Origin: an uncultured bacterium
GTDB taxonomy: Bacteria; Chloroflexota; Anaerolineae; Anaerolineales; UBA4823
Length of the DNA: 64,000 bases
Direction of reading: 5' to 3'
Assembly (NCBI GenBank): GCA_965603285.1
Contig: CBFDCK010000003.1
Span: forward strand, 5,799-69,798
The translations under genes and the position numbers were made by a program. The notes beneath the pieces are model-generated. The model had not been told where the DNA came from. It did no database searches and saw nothing but the letters and a program-made list of their open reading frames with translations. Shown in pieces: positions 58,353 to 64,000 of this stretch (within the stretch, counting starts at the first letter, position 1; every line of letters begins with the position of its first letter).

Positions 58353-60227
58353 CTACTTGGCGATTTCTACAAATTCGTAGTAGTCAGCGCCAACAGGCTG
58401 CGGGATATATCCGCTCACTGCAGCAGAGAAGATGAGTGGGGTGTTATTGTGTGCAATCCATAACCGAGCCACATCGTCGTGCAGCAGTTGCTCGACCTGC
58501 TCGTAGATTTCCTGGCGTGCAGCCTGGTCGGGAAGGATAGCCGCTTGGTAGAGTAGATATGCTACTTCAGTATTGGCATACCAGCCTTCGCGTTTTTCCG
58601 GAGCTTTCACCCACTCGGCGGGATCTTCTATCGCCGCACCATCCGCATCAACCTTGTCGGCACCGCCAAAACCAAAGAAGTAGTTCAGGAAGTTGTCCGG
58701 GTCGCCGTTGTCACCACCCCAACCGAGCTGGTACAGACCGACGAGTTGACCTTCACGGCGTAAGCCTAGAAAGGTCGACCAGTCACCTGCCAGCTCTAGA
58801 GTGGCTTCGATGCCAGCATTAGCCAGGTCGGCAGCCATGGCTTCGCCGATCTCTTTCGGGCTGGGATAGTAGAAGCGAGTTACAGGCATGTAGTATAGAG
58901 TCAGCGGGATCTTGTCGCCAGCAGCATACGTTACGTTGCCTTCGGCATCCGTGATGTCTTCGGCGATTGTAACTTCACTCAAGCCGTCCGGGAATCCGGC
59001 ATCGGCGAGCAGTTGCTTGGAGAGATCTGGATCGTAGGTCCAGTCCTCAACTGCATCGTTGTGACCCCATATCAACGGGGGCAGGAAGTTCGTCGCCGCT
59101 TCACCATAAGCGCCGTAGAAATTCTCTACGAGGCCTGGTCGGTTGATTGCATGGGCAACAGCTTCACGGACCTTAGGATCCTTGAATTCTTCAATCTTGT
59201 AGTTGAATGCCAGATAGCCTGTGTTCAGTGCAGGTCTGGTCTCGACATACAGGTTGGGATCTGCTTCAGCTGTCTCCAGGTCTTCGACGACAGCCTGCTC
59301 AAAAGCGTGAATGTCGCCGGCTTGCAGAGCCAGGAAGCGAGCGGAGTCATCGGGGATTACGCGCCAGATGATCTGGTCGACCGTCGGTTTACCACCCCAA
59401 TAGTCGTCGTTTGCATCAACTGTGATGTGGTCGCCTTCGATCCATTCAACGAACTTGAACGGGCCGGTTCCCACACAACCCGCTGCGGGGGTGCCGTAAT
59501 CCTCACCAGCAGCTTCAACAGCCGCAGGGCTGGAAATGGCGAATATATCCATCGCCAGGTTAGCCAGGAAAGGAGCCAATGGTGCATTCAACGTGAACTT
59601 GACCGTCAGGTCATCTACCGCTTCGACAGAGGCGATCACGCTGGTGTCATCGAAACCACCCCACATGTACTCGTAGTATTCGAATACCTGGCTTTCGAAG
59701 TGCTGAGGGTGATCCGTGAATCGCCAGCGTTCGAAGTTGTAGACCACTGCATCGGCGTTGAAGGGGGTTCCATCGTGGAACGTGACGCCCTCGCGCAGGC
59801 TGCAGGTCCACTCAGTAGCATCTTCGTTGGCCGTGCATTCTGTTGCCAGAGCAGGAACGGGTAAGGTTGAGCTATGCTCGTACTGATAGAGCGGTTCCAG
59901 GCACTGCCCGGTCACGCGGAAGGATTCACCGTCGGTGACGATAGCAGGATCAAGCTGCACAGAGTCGCCGCCGCGACCGAAGATGAAGGTCACCGGTTCC
60001 ATCTCTTCTACAGGCTCTTCAGATTCTGCCGGTTCTTCAGCCACTGGTTCTTCAGCCACTGGTTCTTCAGCCACCGGTTCTTCGGCTACTGGTTCTTCGG
60101 CCGCCGGTTCTTCGGCCGCTGGTTCTTCGGCCGCTGGTGCTTCAGTTGCTGCCGGTGCGCAGGCAGTCAAGACCATGCTGAGTAAGAGCACAAGTGCTCC
60201 GAGTGTATAAAATAACTTGCGGTTCAT
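58353..60227 (-). CDS. Peptide ABC substrate-binding lipoprotein (DppA-like)
   Basis: Lipobox LTAC, AEEP repeats, LDPA..D.ES, LREGVTFHDGTPFNADAV, GTGPF, VREAVAHAIN. Confidence 0.95.
   Translation of the reverse strand: MNRKLFYTLGALVLLLSMVLTACAPAATEAPAAEEPAAEEPAAEEPVAEEPVAEEPVAEEPVAEEPAESEEPVEEMEPVTFIFGRGGDSVQLDPAIVTDGESFRVTGQCLEPLYQYEHSSTLPVPALATECTANEDATEWTCSLREGVTFHDGTPFNADAVVYNFERWRFTDHPQHFESQVFEYYEYMWGGFDDTSVIASVEAVDDLTVKFTLNAPLAPFLANLAMDIFAISSPAAVEAAGEDYGTPAAGCVGTGPFKFVEWIEGDHITVDANDDYWGGKPTVDQIIWRVIPDDSARFLALQAGDIHAFEQAVVEDLETAEADPNLYVETRPALNTGYLAFNYKIEEFKDPKVREAVAHAINRPGLVENFYGAYGEAATNFLPPLIWGHNDAVEDWTYDPDLSKQLLADAGFPDGLSEVTIAEDITDAEGNVTYAAGDKIPLTLYYMPVTRFYYPSPKEIGEAMAADLANAGIEATLELAGDWSTFLGLRREGQLVGLYQLGWGGDNGDPDNFLNYFFGFGGADKVDADGAAIEDPAEWVKAPEKREGWYANTEVAYLLYQAAILPDQAARQEIYEQVEQLLHDDVARLWIAHNNTPLIFSAAVSGYIPQPVGADYYEFVEIAK
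60027..60136 (-). repeat. 15-bp coding tandem repeat (AEEPA/AEEPV linker)
   Basis: ggttcttcRgcYNcY units repeated ~7 times. Confidence 0.85.
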
Positions 60228-60352
60228 TTTTTCTCCTCCAAATCTAATTTTCTTTTTAGTTTTTTTTAAGTAAAAAGCTCTTTTTTTGACTTTGGACCCA
60301 TTTCACCTCCTTCCTTAAACAAATAATTGGATGTGGTTAGAGATATTTACCA

Positions 60353-60380
60353 ATTATACGTATGGGGAGCCAGGTGTCAA
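60353..60380 (-). promoter_or_regulatory. Consensus sigma70 promoter of peptide ABC operon
   Basis: Minus strand TTGACA, 16-nt spacer, TATAAT. Confidence 0.8.
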
Positions 60381-60537
60381 CATGAAAAAGGGGACTAGGT
60401 CAGAATGTGAGCTTTTGGTTAAACATGCAATGTTTCACATAAAAGACGCATATTGCCCAAATATTTCATGACACCTGGCACTTCCTCTAATGCATACTCC
60501 TAAGTATAATCGAAAAAAGGATATTTGGAGGTCCAAA

Positions 60538-60777
60538 ATGGCGGAAAAAGTATGGCAGTCCATAAAAATTAGTTTCTGTCACCATGTGAGTGAGGAAGTT
60601 GCCCTCGAAGCTGAGCTTATCTATCCGCCGGAACTACTTCCCGATCAATCACCGCGGGTTATTGCCCATCGATGTTCACGTGCGGTTATGTGCAACCTTG
60701 AAGGCAAAGCTAGCTGCATCTGGGCAGGTACGAACCCGTCGATTGACCCATTCTTGGAAAAAGCTGATTCCGGTTAG
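60538..60777 (+). CDS. Small Cys-containing hypothetical protein
   Basis: GGAGG RBS before ATG 60538; FC...CSRAVMCN....SCIWAGTNP. Confidence 0.65.
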   Translation: MAEKVWQSIKISFCHHVSEEVALEAELIYPPELLPDQSPRVIAHRCSRAVMCNLEGKASCIWAGTNPSIDPFLEKADSG

Positions 60778-60845
60778 CATCTATATCTTGATTACTGTCT
60801 TATAGTCTATACACAGATTAGGATGAAAAGGTTCATCCCGACAAA

Positions 60846-62030
60846 TCAAGCAATTACACCCAGTTTTCGTCCAACATTTCGAAACGCTTCCAGACCGAAA
60901 TCAAGATCATCCTGCGCGTGGGAGGCTGAAATCATCACTCGGATGCGAGCTTTGCCGCGCGGCACAGTCGGATATCCAATCGCCATTGCGAAAACGCTGT
61001 TTTCGAATAATTCTCGGCTGAACTGCTGAGCAAGCGGAGCCTCTCCTAACATAACCGGTGTGATCGGTGTTACACTGCCACCGGTATCGAATCCCATATC
61101 TCGCATTTCAGCTTTGAAATAGCGCGTATTTTCCCACAGCCTGTCCACCAATTCGGTCGATTGTTCCAACAAATCGAGGGATGCCAGGCATGCAGCCGTG
61201 TCGGGAACTGTCATAGCGGAGGAGAAGAGGAAGGGGCGCCCGCGCTGGCGCAGCCACTCCACCACTAACGAATTCCCCGCCACCACACCTCCGACTACAC
61301 CGAATGCTTTCGATAACGTGCCGACCTCAATATCGACCTTGCCGTGCAGGTCGAAATGATCGACAATCCCGCGTCCGCCGCGACCGAGGACGCCCTCACC
61401 ATGCGCATCGTCGACCATCAAAACAGCGTCATAATCCTGTATTGCGGTGTAGATTTCGTCCAGCGGAGCAATGTCACCGTCCATGCTGAACACGCCGTCC
61501 GTGATCACCAGCGCGTGCGGGAAGTCAAAACGTTGTTCTTTTAACACTCTACTCAGATCGATGGGATCACAGTGATTATAGCGAACGACGCGCGCCCTGG
61601 ACAATCGGCAGCCGTCGATGATGCTGGCGTGATTAAGTTCGTCTGAGAAGATGACATCACCTTTGCCTACCAAGGCAGGGATTGCTGCCAGATTGGCATT
61701 GAAACCGGATTGGAATGTAATTACGTCTTCCACACCCTTAAAAGCCGCCATCCTTTGCTCCAACTCCAGGTGAATCCCCATTGTGCCAGCTATCGTGCGC
61801 ACAGCAGCCGGACCAACCCCATATTTTTCGATTGCTTCTCGAGCCGCCTGGGTCACATGTGGGTGGTTGGCAAGCCCCAGGTAATTATTGGAGCAGAAGT
61901 TTAATGTGCGTTTTCCGTCCACGATCAGCCATGCTCCTTGAGGTGAACTGAGTGTCCTGATGCGATTGTAAAGACCACTGTCTTTAAGGTTTTGTAGTTC
62001 ATCTTGGATATACTGGAGTTTTGAAGACAT
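60846..62030 (-). CDS. kbl: Glycine C-acetyltransferase (AOS family)
   Basis: [56 protein letters not shown]. Confidence 0.9.
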   Translation of the reverse strand: MSSKLQYIQDELQNLKDSGLYNRIRTLSSPQGAWLIVDGKRTLNFCSNNYLGLANHPHVTQAAREAIEKYGVGPAAVRTIAGTMGIHLELEQRMAAFKGVEDVITFQSGFNANLAAIPALVGKGDVIFSDELNHASIIDGCRLSRARVVRYNHCDPIDLSRVLKEQRFDFPHALVITDGVFSMDGDIAPLDEIYTAIQDYDAVLMVDDAHGEGVLGRGGRGIVDHFDLHGKVDIEVGTLSKAFGVVGGVVAGNSLVVEWLRQRGRPFLFSSAMTVPDTAACLASLDLLEQSTELVDRLWENTRYFKAEMRDMGFDTGGSVTPITPVMLGEAPLAQQFSRELFENSVFAMAIGYPTVPRGKARIRVMISASHAQDDLDFGLEAFRNVGRKLGVIA

Positions 62031-62108
62031 TTTCACCTCGTATGATATAGTTGTAGCCCTTTTAAAATGGTTTCTGATTGGTAACTAGCAAAAGAAAACC
62101 GTTAATAA

Positions 62109-63101
62109 CTATTCCTTAGGTTTCGTCCGGCGACCGAGCCCAAGCAAGCGACCGAAAATACCAGCAGAGGATGGAATTTCTACGGCTGGTGAACCTTCCA
62201 ATCTAAGCCAATCGCCGGATTGACGTTCCTGCCACCATGCTTGGCGTCCTTGATAAGCCCGCTCCAGATACTTTTCAAGAGCGTCGCTATCCTGGTTTTC
62301 AATGTCCACCCGCAGTTCCTGCAGGGCGGTAATGGTTTTATCAAGGACTCGCATAGTATTCTCTTTATTGTTGAGTACGGACTCGGTTAGGGATAATGAA
62401 CCGTCTAAGTGAACAATCGGGCTGGTTGCTTCTGCGTATGCCCTACCAGTCACTTTACGGCACTCGTTCCAGCCAGGTTGGTCAACTGTAATGTTGAGCA
62501 GCGATGACGCGAGTAACTGCGGCAGTAAGTGGGTGGCAGCCATCAGACCATCTATCTCTGCCGGATCGATAAATAATGGCGATGCTCCTAAAATGCTTGT
62601 CAGGTCTGCTGCCAATTTTACGGCATCTGAATTTGCGCTCGGAGAAACAACGATTGCCATTAACCCGTGTTGGAAAAGATCAGAATGAGCTGCTTCTAGT
62701 CCAGAAGCATTTGTGAATAAGTATGCAGGATTTATAACAGGTGTCAGACTGATGTAATGACAGCGGTTTGGAAGTATTTCCGCTGACCAGTCCAGCATTA
62801 CCTCGTTTATTGGAGCGGTATCCATAACGACTGCATCTTCTTTTAATTCCGGGGCGATGATCTCCATCGTTTCACGGATTTGATCTACTGGAAGCGAAAG
62901 AATGACCACGTTGGCATCTCGTACTCCAGAAGGTAGGTTGATGGCGACCTTATCTACTGCCCCCATTTTTTCCGCCCGGCGAGCGATATCCAGCTCGAGG
63001 TCGTGCCCCACCCGGTGTAATTCATCCTGCTTGTCAGACAGAGCCAATCCTATTGATGCCCCGATTTGACCCAATCCGATTATGGAAATTTGAACTGTCA
63101 T
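62109..63101 (-). CDS. Prephenate/arogenate dehydrogenase-like protein, divergent active site
   Basis: Rossmann GLGQIGASIG and overall TyrA layout; catalytic His motifs altered. Confidence 0.7.
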   Translation of the reverse strand: MTVQISIIGLGQIGASIGLALSDKQDELHRVGHDLELDIARRAEKMGAVDKVAINLPSGVRDANVVILSLPVDQIRETMEIIAPELKEDAVVMDTAPINEVMLDWSAEILPNRCHYISLTPVINPAYLFTNASGLEAAHSDLFQHGLMAIVVSPSANSDAVKLAADLTSILGASPLFIDPAEIDGLMAATHLLPQLLASSLLNITVDQPGWNECRKVTGRAYAEATSPIVHLDGSLSLTESVLNNKENTMRVLDKTITALQELRVDIENQDSDALEKYLERAYQGRQAWWQERQSGDWLRLEGSPAVEIPSSAGIFGRLLGLGRRTKPKE

Positions 63102-63110
63102 CAGTACTCC

Positions 63111-63668
63111 TCAGCTTTTATTATCAGCTCGTTGCAAGCGCTGTAGTAATTGTCTTTCCATTAGTTGATTCGTAATTACACCTGGATTTTCTCTAGATTG
63201 TACATTTGGGTGAATGTTTTGAGGTTCTTGGTGGCGCCGGATGATTGAGACGGTTAATTGGGAGGCGCCTGCCTGGGCAGCCATGTCCGCTCCCCAGACC
63301 GGGTGTTTCTCAGAGATGACAAACGGTCGCAAGAACCCCTGCGGCTCACCCTGTCCCCAGGCTTTTGCTCCCTGCGGAGAAATTGTTTTTCCCAGCACAA
63401 TTACTATCCGTTCCCAAAGATGCAGTGGATGAAGGCTTTTACCCACATCGTGCAGCAGAGCAGCCACCAGTAAGTCATGGTTCGTTTCTCCGCTTTGGCG
63501 TAATTGATTATAAACCCAAAAGCTGTGCGCCTGTTCGCCCGGTTGTAAGCACAAAAAAAGGGGCATTAAGTCTGGTGAAAGGATTTTTCTAACCTGATCG
63601 ATATCACCCTTTTTAGGTATACCGGTGATTGCATTCCAGGTTTGGCGAGCCCGGTAAAGGATCTGCAT
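63111..63668 (-). CDS. HD-domain protein
   Basis: QAHS, AALLHDVGK, HP.WGA, IRRH, L..AD. Confidence 0.85.
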   Translation of the reverse strand: MQILYRARQTWNAITGIPKKGDIDQVRKILSPDLMPLFLCLQPGEQAHSFWVYNQLRQSGETNHDLLVAALLHDVGKSLHPLHLWERIVIVLGKTISPQGAKAWGQGEPQGFLRPFVISEKHPVWGADMAAQAGASQLTVSIIRRHQEPQNIHPNVQSRENPGVITNQLMERQLLQRLQRADNKS

Positions 63669-64000
63669 CTATAAACCTACTAAAAATATTGTTAATGTAT
63701 TGACTGCAGTTCCGATGATCAACCCGAAGATATCAAATCCAATCATCGGACCAACAAAAACAAGTGTAATTAAGAGTAATGGACCGTACGGGCGGATGAT
63801 GTCCAACATACCTGATAAGCTAGGAGGAGCCAGGTAAGATAGGACTTTTTCGCCATCAAGGGGTGCCAACGGGATCAGGTTGAATACCATCAAGATCAGG
63901 TTGATGGATACAAACTCAAGGAGTATTCTTGAAAAGTTGGGCAAAATACCGCTGCTGGGCGCAAATGCTTCATAGATGGAGGCAAACTCAAAGCGGAACA
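63669..64000 (-). CDS. Site-2 protease (M50) C-terminal part, 5' end outside window
   Basis: INLILMVFNLIPLAPLDG motif. Confidence 0.88.
   Translation of the reverse strand, partial: FRFEFASIYEAFAPSSGILPNFSRILLEFVSINLILMVFNLIPLAPLDGEKVLSYLAPPSLSGMLDIIRPYGPLLLITLVFVGPMIGFDIFGLIIGTAVNTLTIFLVGL

Noticed and set aside
59013-59864. 283-aa plus-strand ORF
   Set aside because: Antisense shadow of dppA
60027-60136. 15-bp repeats as possible CRISPR array
   Set aside because: No spacers; in-frame AEEP linker; no cas genes
1-64000. rRNA, tRNA, IS/transposase, prophage or defence genes
   Set aside because: None recognised; nearly all sequence is explained by protein genes (a covariance-model search would be needed to exclude small RNAs)

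Overview
Bacterial genomic window, gene content and lipoprotein style suggestive of Chloroflexota/Anaerolineae (inference). No rRNA, tRNA, CRISPR array or transposase seen. Left to right: partial TrmH methyltransferase; double-GAF histidine kinase; archaeal-type upper mevalonate operon (class II HMG-CoA reductase, HMG-CoA synthase, a thiolase-fold protein lacking its catalytic residues, DUF35); MFS and RmuC; PfkB kinase plus FSA-type aldolase divergent from a ~19 kb LacI-led L-sugar locus. That locus has two GDP-mannose 3,5-epimerase-like genes, split and fused GHMP-kinase/nucleotidyltransferase modules, ManC, an ABC importer, FucI/FucU/kinase/aldolase, an aldehyde:ferredoxin oxidoreductase and an FGGY kinase. 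Convergent with it is a GntR-led sugar-phosphate (SPU-type) bacterial microcompartment locus (RpiB, DeoC, acylating AldDH, EutJ, 4 BMC-P, BMC-H, BMC-T), followed by a decayed EamA gene, glcF and a glcD-glcE fusion. The rest is mostly housekeeping (patB, nudF, second deoC, lepB, der, cdaR/cdaA, coaE, peptide ABC, kbl, TyrA-like, HD protein, site-2 protease). Best candidates for novelty: (1) a possible Leloir-like NDP-sugar route for L-galactose-type sugars built on GME, (2) the BMC locus linked to GlcDEF with unusual DeoC and RpiB, (3) a pseudo-thiolase in the HMGCS/DUF35 operon. All assignments come from motif recognition by eye, without database searches.
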